A stretch of DNA of 64,000 nt from Patescibacteria group bacterium (GCA_031082005.1 JAVHLR010000001.1:127251-191250), one strand, 5' to 3'. Shown: positions 1 to 10,827, numbered from the stretch's first letter. A program made the numbers and translations. The notes: generated by a model not told the origin, from the letters alone.

Positions 1-1
1 G

Positions 2-565
2 CAGCGTAGACAAAATATTGTGCGGTCCTCCGAAGAGAACGGGAAAGATAGAAAACTCCGAGCCCAAATCCGGCGCCACAACGGTTTTCCATCCCCAGTG
101 CTTGAACAGGCTGATGTAGATCGTGTACATCCAACCGGTCGTGCCGCCAAGAATCGCTATCGTTGTGGCTAGCTTGGCTTTTGTCGCCGAGTGCGTCGTA
201 TATAGGCAGACTTCGTATAGCGCTAGGACTAGCGGTAAGGTCAAGAGCAGGCTTGCTCCTATATAAACGCTTAACGGCGAGAAGCCAAGACGTGCAACCA
301 GACCAAGCGCAGTCCAGAAAGGATTGAAACGCAGCGAATGCGGTTCTATTGCATACAAGTTGTCTTGCAGTTGTGCGCCGTCCGCGATTTGGTGGATGTA
401 GGATAGGTAGACCGCAGCATCGCCGGGAAAATATATAGTGTCTCCCAGCCAGCGGGTATCAGGCGGTGCAGAGGCGTAAATGGAAAAAAACAACGCCGCC
501 TCTACGCAGAGCAGCGTCACTGCCAGACATAGAGCGAAGCGCCGCTGCTTGAACCACGCATGCAT
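2..565 (-). CDS. Polytopic membrane protein, possibly GT-C-like; runs off the left edge of the window
   Basis: ATG at 565 reads MHAWFKQRRFALCLAVTLLCVEAALFFSIYASAPPDTRWLGDTIYFPGDAAVYLSYIHQIADG..., hydrophobic, starts 2 nt after the stop of 568..1737; not in the ORF track because it is truncated. Confidence 0.6.
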   Translation of the reverse strand, partial: MHAWFKQRRFALCLAVTLLCVEAALFFSIYASAPPDTRWLGDTIYFPGDAAVYLSYIHQIADGAQLQDNLYAIEPHSLRFNPFWTALGLVARLGFSPLSVYIGASLLLTLPLVLALYEVCLYTTHSATKAKLATTIAILGGTTGWMYTIYISLFKHWGWKTVVAPDLGSEFSIFPVLFGGPHNILSTL

Positions 566-567
566 GT

Positions 568-1737
568 TTATTGCGCTAATAGCGGCACGACAATCTTGAA
601 ATCTTGGAGGCTACCATCCGGACCTTTGCGTTTGCCTTTTGCTAACAGGGCGGGTATCAGATACGTCTCGGTCAGCGTGGAGCTATTGTCCTCCAGTCGG
701 TACAAGACTAGCTCGAAGTCGTCCAGCGTTATCTCGCCGGAAGCCCCGGATAACCCGCCTGCCTTGAGCATCTCAATGGCCTTGGCATTATCGATCGAAG
801 GATAATCCGATCTGTCAGGATCGCTGTACAGCGTGATTTTTCCGGAGACCACCTTGTTTTCAGGGCTGTCTACCACAATCTCTGCGCCGTAGAGATAGCT
901 TCCGTCATTTTTCACCACATCCCGCTCGTCCATTAGCGTCCTGAAACGTACGACTTGCCGAGCCGGGAATTCCGGTGGGACGCAGATGCTGTTTGCCGCA
1001 GACGCGAGCTGTGGCGGCTGTCCCACCACAAGCGAGACTGAAGCGCCGATGGCGCGTATGCTGTTCACGGTTTCGCGTGTCATGCAGCGGTTCAGAAGCT
1101 GCGCCGAGGTGTACCACCACATGCCCCAATCCGGCAATATTATGCCTTTGCGGTAATATGAGCTCTTGATGCCTTTCGCTAAGATGAAACTGGTCGCTGT
1201 ATTCACCAGCTCGTCATATACGCGCAAATCAGACACGGTCAGAAGCTTGCTGTTGGTGTCGTTCCAGAACTCCAACGTGTTGTCGCCCCCGTGGTAACTC
1301 CACTTGTACCCGTCCTTGTCGATCCAAGCCAGGTTCGCTTCCGAGACGACCGAGAAATCTCCGAGAGTCGCTGCCGGTACGGCTAAAGCGCGTGTTATCT
1401 GCCGCATCTCTATGTCGTTAGGTAATCCCTTTTGGAGCCTAAGCACAGTGATCACTTTCGGTAGTTTGGGTAATTCCTTTTCCAGTGTGATCGAAGCGGA
1501 GCTCTTCGGATATTCGATTTTCGGTAACTCACCGAAGCCCTGGCTCAATGAGATCTCCGTGTTTTCTGATACAGGATTGGAAAAAGGCTCGGCAATCTTC
1601 GGCGCAGTGACCTCTTGGCTACAACCGGCTCCGCTTAGCGCAAGAACCGTAAAAAAGACTGTGATTTTTCTTATGATCATAGCCAAAGTATAGCCAAAAG
1701 TAGTCATTTTAGATAGTTTTGATTGACTAGCCTTCAA
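568..1737 (-). CDS. Hypothetical lipoprotein
   Basis: 389 aa ORF; hydrophobic stretch ending in lipobox-like LSGAGC; true start probably a downstream ATG. Confidence 0.65.
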   Translation of the reverse strand: MKASQSKLSKMTTFGYTLAMIIRKITVFFTVLALSGAGCSQEVTAPKIAEPFSNPVSENTEISLSQGFGELPKIEYPKSSASITLEKELPKLPKVITVLRLQKGLPNDIEMRQITRALAVPAATLGDFSVVSEANLAWIDKDGYKWSYHGGDNTLEFWNDTNSKLLTVSDLRVYDELVNTATSFILAKGIKSSYYRKGIILPDWGMWWYTSAQLLNRCMTRETVNSIRAIGASVSLVVGQPPQLASAANSICVPPEFPARQVVRFRTLMDERDVVKNDGSYLYGAEIVVDSPENKVVSGKITLYSDPDRSDYPSIDNAKAIEMLKAGGLSGASGEITLDDFELVLYRLEDNSSTLTETYLIPALLAKGKRKGPDGSLQDFKIVVPLLAQ

Positions 1738-1763
1738 ATCATCTGCATACTGGATTAATCGAC

Positions 1764-2102
1764 ATGCGCAAGCTCGTCATCGTTATTGCCTTGCTGCTCG
1801 GTTTTCTGCCGCTGCCGTTTTGTGTTTCCATGGCCAGTGCCATGGAGCCTCACGATATGTCGGTCGGAGTGATGGTCCACGCGACTACGCACGAAGTCAT
1901 GCCGTGTTGTCTTGATACGCATGAGCACGAGGATGGCTACGATATCTTGAACGAGTTGCCCTTTCGATTATCTTCATTGGATGTTTTTGGATCAAAATAT
2001 TACGCGTCATGCGACACGTCGTCGCAGAGTCAGCTCCGTGGAGTCTTGCCGCTCACAGACAGAGGAAAATTTGAAGAACAGGGCGGCATCAAGCGGGAAT
2101 AG
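1764..2102 (+). CDS. Small exported His/Met/Cys-rich protein, putative metal-binding
   Basis: Signal/TM N-terminus then MEPHDM..HEVMPCCLDTHEHED; lies at the head of the copper operon. Confidence 0.55.
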   Translation: MRKLVIVIALLLGFLPLPFCVSMASAMEPHDMSVGVMVHATTHEVMPCCLDTHEHEDGYDILNELPFRLSSLDVFGSKYYASCDTSSQSQLRGVLPLTDRGKFEEQGGIKRE

Positions 2103-2195
2103 CCGGAATCGGTGTTTTTCGGTTCTCTGGTTATTCCATTTAAACCTTGATATTTTTATCTTATACCAAGAGTTATCACTTATCAGATCACCGGC

Positions 2196-3485
2196 ATGAC
2201 CTGTAAATCCTGTGAGAAGCTTGTTTCCGACGTGCTGCTCGACGTGCCTGGCGTGATGGAAGTCGAAGCCTCGGTCAAGCAGGGCCGAGCTGCGGTTCGC
2301 ATGCGGGATGAGGCCCGGGATCCGGATTTGGATCTGCTGAATCGTCAGTTGGAAGCGCACGGCTACAGACTGTATCCGGAAGGCTGTCGCATGCCCTCAT
2401 CTGCTGAATCGCTTTTTCGCCGTTTGCGTCGCGCCATCATCGTCTTGCTTATCGTCGGCTTCATCGGAGCCTGTCTTTGGTCGCCGTTGCACGCCCTTTT
2501 CCCCTCTGTCAGCGCCGGTGCTTCTTTCGGTGCGCTTTTCGTCCTCGGTATCGTCGCTTCGCTTTCTTCCTGTTTGGCGACTACCGGCGGCTTCATGCTC
2601 GCTTACAGCGCAGAAAAGGCTTCGCGCCGCAAAACCATCTTGATGCACATCGGCCGTCTGGTCGCTTTTATGGTCGGTGGTGCGCTCTTAGGGGCATTGG
2701 GCGGAACCATACCTGCAATTTCGTCGGGATGGTACGGGGCGTTGGCGTTGATCATGGGTATCGGCTTCTTGGTCGTCGCATTGAATCTTCTCGATCTCTC
2801 TCCGTCATTGGCGAAACTCGGCGTTTCCCTGCCTTCTTCGCTTCACGTCTTCGCCGACAAAGTCAAAAAGCGCCCCGGTGGGGTGACGCCGTTCCTCGTC
2901 GGAGCCGTGACTTTCGTCTTGCCTTGCGGTTTTACGCAGACGGCACAGGCTCTTGCCTTGGCGTCAGGTTCAGCTTTTAGCGGATTCTTGCTTTTGACGG
3001 CTTTCGCTTTAGGCACCTTACCGGTATTGCTGGGAGTGACCGCTTTTGCGACAAAAGTCAGTCTTAAGCACGGCATGTTACGGCTCTTGATAGGCGCCGT
3101 CATGTTCTTCTTCGCGCTTGGACAGATCCAGTCGGCTTTGAGTCTTTATGGTGTATCCATCGGTAGTCCGCTTGGTGCGACGTCTCCGATTGCAGCAGCG
3201 CCGCCAGCCGCGGGGCAGACCGAACAAGTCGTGAAGATGAAGGTGACTTCTAACGGCTTTAATCCTTCAAACCTGACCGTCAAGAAAGGGGTACCTGTCC
3301 GCTGGGAAGTGGATGGGACAAAAGCAGGAGGTTGTACCAGCTCGATCATTTCGCGCGAGCTTGATATCTCGAAGACGCTCGATCGCGGCATCAATACATT
3401 CCGTTTCACTCCGGAGCGCACCGGCCGCATCACTTTCTCCTGCGGCATGGGTATGGTGCGTGGTTCATTCAACGTAATCGACTGA
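2196..3485 (+). CDS. HMA + DsbD_2/TauE-like membrane domain + cupredoxin fusion protein
   Basis: N-terminal MTCKSC; SSCLA and LPCGFTQ transmembrane Cys motifs; C-terminal GC...FSCGMGM cupredoxin-like domain. Confidence 0.85.
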   Translation: MTCKSCEKLVSDVLLDVPGVMEVEASVKQGRAAVRMRDEARDPDLDLLNRQLEAHGYRLYPEGCRMPSSAESLFRRLRRAIIVLLIVGFIGACLWSPLHALFPSVSAGASFGALFVLGIVASLSSCLATTGGFMLAYSAEKASRRKTILMHIGRLVAFMVGGALLGALGGTIPAISSGWYGALALIMGIGFLVVALNLLDLSPSLAKLGVSLPSSLHVFADKVKKRPGGVTPFLVGAVTFVLPCGFTQTAQALALASGSAFSGFLLLTAFALGTLPVLLGVTAFATKVSLKHGMLRLLIGAVMFFFALGQIQSALSLYGVSIGSPLGATSPIAAAPPAAGQTEQVVKMKVTSNGFNPSNLTVKKGVPVRWEVDGTKAGGCTSSIISRELDISKTLDRGINTFRFTPERTGRITFSCGMGMVRGSFNVID

Positions 3486-3486
3486 T

Positions 3487-5715
3487 ATGAAAAAAATCAT
3501 CATTCCCATAAAAGGCATGCATTGCGCGTCGTGCGCCATCACAACCGAAAAGGCGCTGCAGAATAAAAGCGGCGTAGTCAAAGCCAACGTCAATTTCGCG
3601 ACCGAAAGAGCCACAGTCGAGTACGACGAAGCGAAAATCGACCAAGGCTCATTAGCTCAAGCTATCCGCGATAACGGGTACGAGCCTGTATTGCACGAAA
3701 CCGGTTCACACTCCGCACCGGGTCAATCGATGGAGCATGCCGGACACGAGATGTCTGGCGCAAAGTCCGACTCATCTTCCGGATCGCATCTTTCACACGG
3801 CGGTTATGTCGATCGGAAGGGCCTGATCATCGCCTCCATTCTGGTGATTCCGTTGGTTTTGAGTATGTTCATCATGCCGGATGTCGGCGTGATTCTCGGC
3901 CGCCCAGCTTGGTTAGTTTTGGATCTCTTGGCTGCCTGGTTTCTGGTCGGTTGGTTCGGCCGCCATTTCCATCACGGCACTTGGAACGAGCTCAAACATC
4001 GTCGTGCCAACATGGATACTCTGGTCACCGTCGGTACCGGATCGGCTCTGCTCTGGAGTACCTATGCTCTCTACGCAGGACGCGAGAACGAAGTCTATTT
4101 CGAAGTCGCCGGCATCATCATCATTTTCCTGTTGCTCGGGAAGTACCTCGAAGCACGCCAGCGCATGAAGGCCGGAGCCGCCATCCAAGCGTTGCTCGGT
4201 CTGCACGCCAAATTTGCGCATCGTCTGAAGGCGGACGGGACGACCGAAGATGTCGACCCCAACTCCCTAGTCGTCGGTGATATCTGTTTGGTCAAGCCGG
4301 GCGAACGCATTCCGATTGACGGAGAAGTGATCGAGGGTGCGACCAGCATAGACGAGTCGATGCTGACCGGTGAACCTATCCCGGTGGAAAAAAACGCCGG
4401 CGACAAAGTCTATGGCGCGACAGTCAACGGCACTGGCGCTTTCAATCTGCGTGTGACGGTTCTGCCGGGGCAGACTGCTTTGGACGCCATCGTAGCGACC
4501 GTCGAACATGCGCTATCCACGAAATCACCGGTAGAAAAGATCGTGGACAAGATATCCTCCGTCTTCGTCCCAATCGTCATCCTGATCGCTTTGATTTCAT
4601 TCATCGCCTGGTTGCTTCTTGGAGCTTCTTTTGGCGACGCGATCCGTCACGCGGTCGCTGTGCTGATAGTCGCCTGTCCTTGCGCCATGGGGTTGGCGAC
4701 GCCCGCAGCCATCATGGTCGGCACTGGGGCTGGGGCGAAGAAGGGGATACTCGTGAAGGACGGATCGGCCCTGGAAGCTGCTCGTGGCATAAACATGGTC
4801 GTCTTCGATAAGACGGGAACATTGACCGAGGGTAAACCGACGGTCACTGACGTCATATCAGCTGGTGGAAACGACGACACGCTGTTACGCATCGCTGCCT
4901 CACTTGAAGCGGCATCCGAGCATCCGCTTGCCACAGCAGTACTAGCTGCGGCACAAGCGCGGAGTCTCGCGAAACTGCCTGTCAGTGATTTTTCTGCTGT
5001 ACCCGGGCAAGGGATACGGGGCGTCATCGAGGATAAGACTGCCTTGCTCGGCAAACCGGAGTGGATTTTTCCCGTCATCGGTGCGAATGACAATCCGCTC
5101 ATAAATGAATTACGCGCCGCGGCGAAAACCGTCATGGCTGTTGCCTTCGACGGAAAGTTCGTCGGACTCATCGCGGCACAGGACAAGCCTAAGGCTGACG
5201 CAGTAGAGGCGATACGGACCCTGAAGGCGATGGGTATAGAGACTGCTCTGCTTACCGGCGACAGCCAAGCGACTGCCGAAGCCGTCGCCGAAAGCTTGGG
5301 TATCACGACGGTACTGGCCGAGGTGTCGCCAACAGGCAAGGCAGATGTGATCAAGTCGTTGCAGGCGCAAAAAAAGGAGGTCGCTTTCGTCGGCGACGGT
5401 CTGAACGATGCTCCGGCATTGGCGCAGTCCGATCTAGGTATCGCCATCGGAACCGGCACTGATGTCGCTATCGCCACGGGCCAGCTGGTCATCATGGGTG
5501 GTTCACCGACCAAAGCCGCGGAGGCTATCCGTCTTTCGCGCCTGACTTTCCGCGCCATCAAACAAAATCTATTTTGGGCTTTCATCTACAACGTAATCGG
5601 CATACCGTTGGCCGCACTCGGGCTGTTGAACCCGATTTTCGCCGGATTGGCCATGGCGTTCTCGAGCGTCAGCGTATTGTCGAACTCGTTGCGCATCGCT
5701 AGGAGGATGAAATAG
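3487..5715 (+). CDS. copA: Cu(I)-translocating P1B-type ATPase
   Basis: GMHCASC HMA domain, [25 protein letters not shown] and MAFSS motifs; His/Met-rich linker. Confidence 0.95.
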   Translation: MKKIIIPIKGMHCASCAITTEKALQNKSGVVKANVNFATERATVEYDEAKIDQGSLAQAIRDNGYEPVLHETGSHSAPGQSMEHAGHEMSGAKSDSSSGSHLSHGGYVDRKGLIIASILVIPLVLSMFIMPDVGVILGRPAWLVLDLLAAWFLVGWFGRHFHHGTWNELKHRRANMDTLVTVGTGSALLWSTYALYAGRENEVYFEVAGIIIIFLLLGKYLEARQRMKAGAAIQALLGLHAKFAHRLKADGTTEDVDPNSLVVGDICLVKPGERIPIDGEVIEGATSIDESMLTGEPIPVEKNAGDKVYGATVNGTGAFNLRVTVLPGQTALDAIVATVEHALSTKSPVEKIVDKISSVFVPIVILIALISFIAWLLLGASFGDAIRHAVAVLIVACPCAMGLATPAAIMVGTGAGAKKGILVKDGSALEAARGINMVVFDKTGTLTEGKPTVTDVISAGGNDDTLLRIAASLEAASEHPLATAVLAAAQARSLAKLPVSDFSAVPGQGIRGVIEDKTALLGKPEWIFPVIGANDNPLINELRAAAKTVMAVAFDGKFVGLIAAQDKPKADAVEAIRTLKAMGIETALLTGDSQATAEAVAESLGITTVLAEVSPTGKADVIKSLQAQKKEVAFVGDGLNDAPALAQSDLGIAIGTGTDVAIATGQLVIMGGSPTKAAEAIRLSRLTFRAIKQNLFWAFIYNVIGIPLAALGLLNPIFAGLAMAFSSVSVLSNSLRIARRMK

Positions 5716-5790
5716 GCAAAAAAAATTCCGACTGAAAAATGATTGTTGTTTTGAGGCGAACATCCCATATCTCGGGATGTTTGCTTATAC

Positions 5791-5816
5791 AAAAAGAAGC
5801 GCCAAGACCTGGCGCT
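5791..5816 (-). terminator. Intrinsic terminator
   Basis: On the minus strand gcgcca-ggtct-tggcgc is followed by ttcttttt. Confidence 0.6.
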
Positions 5817-5905
5817 TACTCGAGGCTCTCCGCGATGCGGTTTCCGGCACGAAGAGGGCGCTCTACGCTATGACTTCGCTAATCCCTGGCTCAGGCGATT
5901 AGTCG

Positions 5906-6733
5906 CTATCCACCTAGTGCTGCCTTCGTCCTTCGGTCTCCGATAGCCGCGTCGATATACTCACGATACCGCTTCATGATGCTGAATGCCTGTTCGGCCA
6001 TGAGACCGTGTTTCTTTTTGGGGATTCCTGTTATCTCCAATTTACCGGAAAGATTTTGGATGCGGAGATCGGGGATATCGACGGTCTGTATGCCGGTGAT
6101 GGTCGCGAATTTGAATTCGCGGCTCAAGAGCATCGCATGATGGAATTCGCTGCCGTCCGTGAAGCCAATTTTTGCGCAGGTCCTATACACATTTCGTTCG
6201 AAAAGAGGGATCCCGAACAAAGGATCAAGATCGTATTTCAACGGCCGGCAAGCCATGCATCTGTCGAGAATGATCGATTCCACTGCGTTCAAGCTCGGGG
6301 AGTGTGCGTGTCCGTCGCAGAATAGATTCATACTCGAGTTCAGACAGATCCCTAAGAAAGTGCGTGCCGCAGAGCTGACGGTAGCGGCAAATCCTATTGC
6401 GCTGGAAGGCCTTTTAGGCTCGCTTTTTTCGGTCTTTTTATCGTATTTCTTAAGCCAGGCCATATTTTGCTTTTCCAGTTCCTCATCGGCGGATGCTTCA
6501 TTGAATTTCTCGAACATGCAATGCACCAAGACGGATGCAAGCTGCTCCTCACCGGATGCGTATAGTTCCCTCACCGTTTCAGAGAAAATCCAGAGGATCT
6601 GTCTGGAATTTTCGCGTGAAAAGCTTCGGGTTTGTGGTTGTTGTTTTTCGAAATCCCAGATGCATGAGGCGGTATTGAACATGGTCATCTCGCTTTTTGA
6701 AGGTGCTGGTGTACGAAGCCAGATTAATGTCAT
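5906..6733 (-). CDS. Hypothetical protein
   Basis: 275 aa ORF, no recognised motif. Confidence 0.55.
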   Translation of the reverse strand: MTLIWLRTPAPSKSEMTMFNTASCIWDFEKQQPQTRSFSRENSRQILWIFSETVRELYASGEEQLASVLVHCMFEKFNEASADEELEKQNMAWLKKYDKKTEKSEPKRPSSAIGFAATVSSAARTFLGICLNSSMNLFCDGHAHSPSLNAVESIILDRCMACRPLKYDLDPLFGIPLFERNVYRTCAKIGFTDGSEFHHAMLLSREFKFATITGIQTVDIPDLRIQNLSGKLEITGIPKKKHGLMAEQAFSIMKRYREYIDAAIGDRRTKAALGG

Positions 6734-6830
6734 TGAGGCTTATTTGTCAATCATCCTGTCGGATGATTTCAGCGTAATCTCTTGACGTTCTTCCTTTTTT
6801 TTATTAGTCTCCCGGGCACGGAGGTGTCTC

Positions 6831-7295
6831 GTGCCGAACGACAAGAAATCCGAAATCACTGTTCCTTGCAGCAGGCTCGTGGTCGCTCTGGACTATGTGG
6901 AGTTCCTGAATCTCGCCTGGAAGAACGATCGGCGTAAGGGTTGGGAATTCATCCAGCCCGAGCAGCGCTTCAACCCGCACGGCTTCGCCGCCAATCGGGC
7001 TCGCGGCATCATGGAGCGTTTCCAGCTCTGCTGGGTTCCGCTCTACGAGAGCGGATTCAATGTGCCGATGGTGCACAAGATCCTGCTGGCCGCGCGTGCG
7101 CAGGGCGCAGAGTTCCTCGTCCCGATCAGCGGAATGGTCGAGGACCTGGCGAGCTCGACCCACATACATTCGCTTTCCGCCTCGGTCTTCAAGCGCGATA
7201 CGTTCGGTGATCCGAACGCATACGATTTCGAGAAATCACTGCGTCGCTTCTTCGGTGCCTTCGCCTGCGGCGAAATCATCGACCGGGACCTCTAG
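6831..7295 (+). CDS. Hypothetical protein (orphan)
   Basis: GTG start with GGAGGT SD; TTGACG at 6782 upstream; hairpin downstream. Confidence 0.65.
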   Translation: MPNDKKSEITVPCSRLVVALDYVEFLNLAWKNDRRKGWEFIQPEQRFNPHGFAANRARGIMERFQLCWVPLYESGFNVPMVHKILLAARAQGAEFLVPISGMVEDLASSTHIHSLSASVFKRDTFGDPNAYDFEKSLRRFFGAFACGEIIDRDL

Positions 7296-7496
7296 CCACG
7301 CCTCGGCTCTACGCCCACGCCCTCGCTGTCTTACGCGAGGGCGTCATCGTATCCGCTCAAAGGACAAATGTTGATTCCTGGCTCAAACAAGCCGGCCAAG
7401 CAAAGGTCGGCTTTGTCGTCTTTGGGAGTGATGATAGCCTTGACATAGCGGCTATTTTGGGCTAAATTCTGACATCGACCTTTGAAAGGAGACTGC

Positions 7497-8165
7497 ATGG
7501 ATGTGATGGTCTCGATTGTTCTCGGCACGAGCTTAGTCGCGAACGTCGTGCTGGTGTACCTGATGGTTGCGAGGAAATCGCACGGCGTGAAGATGTCTGA
7601 ACGTAACAGGAGGCTGGGGGACACCGATATCTCCAGCGCGCTGCCGCCCAGGTCCCGCTTGAGCCTCAAGGAGCGGATGGCCGACCTGGGCTTGGAGTTT
7701 CATCACGAACCTACGATCGTACATATCTCTGAGGACATCCGTCACAACTTCACCCAGACCACATCAAGGGAAGCGTTGTGTCGACGCTGCCAAAACTATG
7801 TTGATCTTGTCCGGTCGAGCAACCCGGCCATCAATCCCAGCGGTTTGGGATTCTTCTGCATCTGTTGCGGTGAAGGGCGTCTGTTCCAAAATATCGAACT
7901 GATCCGTAAGGCGAACCGTCTGCCGTCCTTGCCCGACAGCAATCTGTTCGCCATCCTCGATGTCTTGGAATGCTTTGCCCTCAAGAATGGCCTTATCCAT
8001 GAGCCGACGAGCGAAAAGCCGCAGCTGGTGACGTTCGATGTGGCTCTTCAGGAAACTGCCGGTTACCGAGGCCCGCCACTCAAAGCGAGGGTGGATGTCG
8101 AAGCCCAGACGGTAGTTCTCGTGGACGAGACCGTGCAGCCCAAGTCTCTCCGCCTCGTCAAATAA
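7497..8165 (+). CDS. Hypothetical membrane-anchored protein with Cys cluster
   Basis: AGGAG SD; promoter TTGACA-17-TAAATT at 7440; N-terminal TM; CRRC...CICC; ends in SLRLVK. Confidence 0.65.
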   Translation: MDVMVSIVLGTSLVANVVLVYLMVARKSHGVKMSERNRRLGDTDISSALPPRSRLSLKERMADLGLEFHHEPTIVHISEDIRHNFTQTTSREALCRRCQNYVDLVRSSNPAINPSGLGFFCICCGEGRLFQNIELIRKANRLPSLPDSNLFAILDVLECFALKNGLIHEPTSEKPQLVTFDVALQETAGYRGPPLKARVDVEAQTVVLVDETVQPKSLRLVK

Positions 8166-8258
8166 TCTCTTCTATTAGTTCTCCTAGCCGACCCCGCAAA
8201 GGTCGGCTTTGACATATCCAGCCGACCGGATTATATTCACTGTACCTAACTAGGAATT

Positions 8259-8660
8259 ATGCCATTTAACGTTTCTTCATTCGAACATAACGCACTCATC
8301 TTGTTGACGGAAATCGCCTCTGCAAAAGGTTTAGTTAGCCTCGACACTGTGGCAAAACGAATGTCTCTTTCGCAGGGATATCTGGAGGAAGTCGCGCACG
8401 CCCTCAAGACCGCAAAACTTATCCGCGGGCGCCAAGGCCGAGGTGGCGGGTATTTATTGGCGCGACCCGCCTCAAAGATTTCGCTGTCTGACGTCATGTC
8501 AGCGGTCAATGGACCGCTCGAACTCGTTTCGTGCCAAAGCGCTAAGACTTGCCCAGTCAGTGGCCGCTGCCAGTCTAAACAAGCTTGGGCTGATTTGCGT
8601 CGGACCATCGATGCATCACTTGAAAAGATCACGTTGGAAAGCATCGTCAAAGGTAATTGA
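8259..8660 (+). CDS. Rrf2-family (IscR-like) transcriptional regulator
   Basis: LSQGYLEEV and GRQGRGGGYLLARP motifs, C-x5-C-x5-C; promoter TTGACA-17-TATATT upstream. Confidence 0.9.
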   Translation: MPFNVSSFEHNALILLTEIASAKGLVSLDTVAKRMSLSQGYLEEVAHALKTAKLIRGRQGRGGGYLLARPASKISLSDVMSAVNGPLELVSCQSAKTCPVSGRCQSKQAWADLRRTIDASLEKITLESIVKGN

Positions 8661-9862
8661 TGACATACATGCGCAGAATCTATCTCGATCACGCGGCGAC
8701 TACGCCGGTACACCCTGCAGTATTGAAAAAGATGCTTCCATTTTTTACGCAGGTTTACGGCAATCCTTCGTCTTTCCATACTCCGGGGCTAGAGGCGAAG
8801 AAGGCGGTCGACGCGGCACGCAAGTCGATTGCCGAGAAGCTGAATGCTCATTCTGACGAGATGGTCTTCTGTTCCGGAGGTACGGCGTCCGACAATTTGG
8901 CCGTCCATGGCATCTTCGGTGTCGAGAAAGCCCATCGTGGTCACGTCATCACATCTGCTGTTGAGCATCCTGCGGTACTTGAGCCTCTTCAACATCTGGT
9001 CAAAAGAGGAAAAATCGAATTGACCGTACTGCCGGTCGACAAGAGCGGGAAGATCCTGATCAAGGATCTCGTCGCCGCGTTGCGTCCTGATACGGTCTTG
9101 GTTTCGATAATGTACGCGAACAACGAAATAGGGACGATCCAACCTATCGCCGAGATCGGTCGTGCGCTGCTTAGATGGCGTAAAGAAAAATCGACACCTT
9201 ACCCATACTTCCATACCGATGCGTGCCAGGCAGCAGGCACTCTTGATCTGGACGTCGAGAAGCTCCATGTCGATTTGCTTACTTTGAATGGTTCCAAGAT
9301 CTACGGTCCCAAAGGAGTCGGCCTGCTGTTTGTCCGCCGTGGGACGAAACTCGACCCCCAGATCCGGGGAGGTGGCCAAGAACGGGGATTGCGCTCGGGC
9401 ACCGAAAACGTCCCCGGCATCATCGGTCTCGCCGCCGCTTTGGAGTTGGCGCAAGCGAATAAAGAAAAGGAGAACGCTCGTCTGTCGAAGCTGCGCGACA
9501 AGCTGATTGCCGGCTTGCTGGCGATGCCCAAGACGCGCTTGAACGGTCACCCGACCGATCGCCTGCCGAACAACGTGAATGTCTCTTTCATGGACATCGA
9601 AGGTGAGGCAGCTGTGCTTTATCTGGATGCGCAAGGGATCTACTGCTCGACTGGTTCAGCCTGTGCCTCAAGCTCACTCGATCCCTCCCATGTCATCTTG
9701 GCCACCGGCGTCTCTTATGAAGCTGCCCACGGTTCGCTCCGCTTCACCCTCGGTCATTCGACCAAATCGTCTGATATCGATTACGTACTCAAAACCATCC
9801 CTGACATCATCGCAAAACTACGTCTTATGAGCCCAGTTAACCTGGATATGAAACACTTTTAA
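8657..9862 (+). CDS. iscS: Group I cysteine desulfurase
   Basis: IYLDHAATT, GNPSS, HTDACQ, SKIYGPKG (PLP Lys), STGSAC catalytic Cys. Confidence 0.95.
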   Translation: MMTYMRRIYLDHAATTPVHPAVLKKMLPFFTQVYGNPSSFHTPGLEAKKAVDAARKSIAEKLNAHSDEMVFCSGGTASDNLAVHGIFGVEKAHRGHVITSAVEHPAVLEPLQHLVKRGKIELTVLPVDKSGKILIKDLVAALRPDTVLVSIMYANNEIGTIQPIAEIGRALLRWRKEKSTPYPYFHTDACQAAGTLDLDVEKLHVDLLTLNGSKIYGPKGVGLLFVRRGTKLDPQIRGGGQERGLRSGTENVPGIIGLAAALELAQANKEKENARLSKLRDKLIAGLLAMPKTRLNGHPTDRLPNNVNVSFMDIEGEAAVLYLDAQGIYCSTGSACASSSLDPSHVILATGVSYEAAHGSLRFTLGHSTKSSDIDYVLKTIPDIIAKLRLMSPVNLDMKHF

Positions 9863-9863
9863 T

Positions 9864-10520
9864 ATGACTTCATCCCAGAATTCTCCCGACATCGTTTCCC
9901 GTTCCGGCGCACAAAGCTGGTTCTATTCTGATGTGGTCAAGGATCATTTTTTCAATCCGCGTAACTTCATGCAGGATGAATCATCTTATGCCGATGCGGC
10001 CATGGGTCTGGTCGGCAGTCCAGCCTGCGGCGATGCCATGAAGGTTTGGATCAAAGCCGATCCGCAGACAGAAAGGATCACTGACTGCAAATGGAAGACT
10101 TTCGGATGCGGCTCTGCCATCGCCTCGACTTCGATGATGTCTGTCATGGTGACGGAAAACGGCGGCATGACTTTGGATGAAGCGCGTCAGCTCAAGCCGC
10201 AGCACATCATGGAGCGTCTCGGCGGCTTACCGGCGCGGAAGATCCATTGTTCTGTGTTGGGCGACAAGGCGCTGCGCTCCGCCATCAATGATTGGTATCG
10301 CCGTGTCGGGCGTCTTGATAAGGTGGAGGAAGGATATGGTCGGATTATCGATCAGGAAACAAAAGTCACTGATAAGGATATCGAACACGCTGTCTTGGAC
10401 GGTGCCGACACGCTCGAGAAAGTCCAAGCCAAATTGAAGGTCGGTATCGGCAATCCTGCGTGCATTCCAGAAGTCGAGCAGCTCATGAGATTCTATAGGG
10501 CAAAATATTTTGGCGTATGA
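9864..10520 (+). CDS. iscU: IscU/NifU_N Fe-S scaffold with degenerate C-terminal BFD-like domain
   Basis: PACGD, FGCGSAIAS, LPARKIHCS motifs. Confidence 0.9.
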   Translation: MTSSQNSPDIVSRSGAQSWFYSDVVKDHFFNPRNFMQDESSYADAAMGLVGSPACGDAMKVWIKADPQTERITDCKWKTFGCGSAIASTSMMSVMVTENGGMTLDEARQLKPQHIMERLGGLPARKIHCSVLGDKALRSAINDWYRRVGRLDKVEEGYGRIIDQETKVTDKDIEHAVLDGADTLEKVQAKLKVGIGNPACIPEVEQLMRFYRAKYFGV

Positions 10521-10738
10521 AAATCGCAAGGATCGAGATCGACCGTGATGCATGCATCGGTGCAGCGCCATGCGTAACCGTCGCGCCAGGCGTCTTTCAG
10601 TTGGATGGCGAGAACAAGGCATATGTCGTCGATCCTGAAGCCGAGAGCGACGACGACATTCTGCTTGCCGCCCAAGCCTGTCCGGTCCAAGCCATAAGAC
10701 TTTTCGACGAAGACGGCAACCAGATCTATCCGGATTAG
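10517..10738 (+). CDS. Single-cluster ferredoxin, probably [3Fe-4S]
   Basis: CIGAAPC ... ACPVQAI; ATGA overlap with iscU. Confidence 0.9.
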   Translation: MKIARIEIDRDACIGAAPCVTVAPGVFQLDGENKAYVVDPEAESDDDILLAAQACPVQAIRLFDEDGNQIYPD

Positions 10739-10753
10739 CGTTAGTCTCGTTAT

Positions 10754-10827
10754 GTCATCCCGGCCTTAGAGCCGGGATCTGGATTTCTTCTTCATTATTT
10801 CGTCATTCCAGCGTAGGCTGGAATCCA
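10754..10827 (+). repeat. Two GTCAT-type REP-like palindromes
   Basis: gtcatcccggc-cttaga-gccgggatct and gtcattccagc-gtag-gctggaatcca. Confidence 0.75.
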
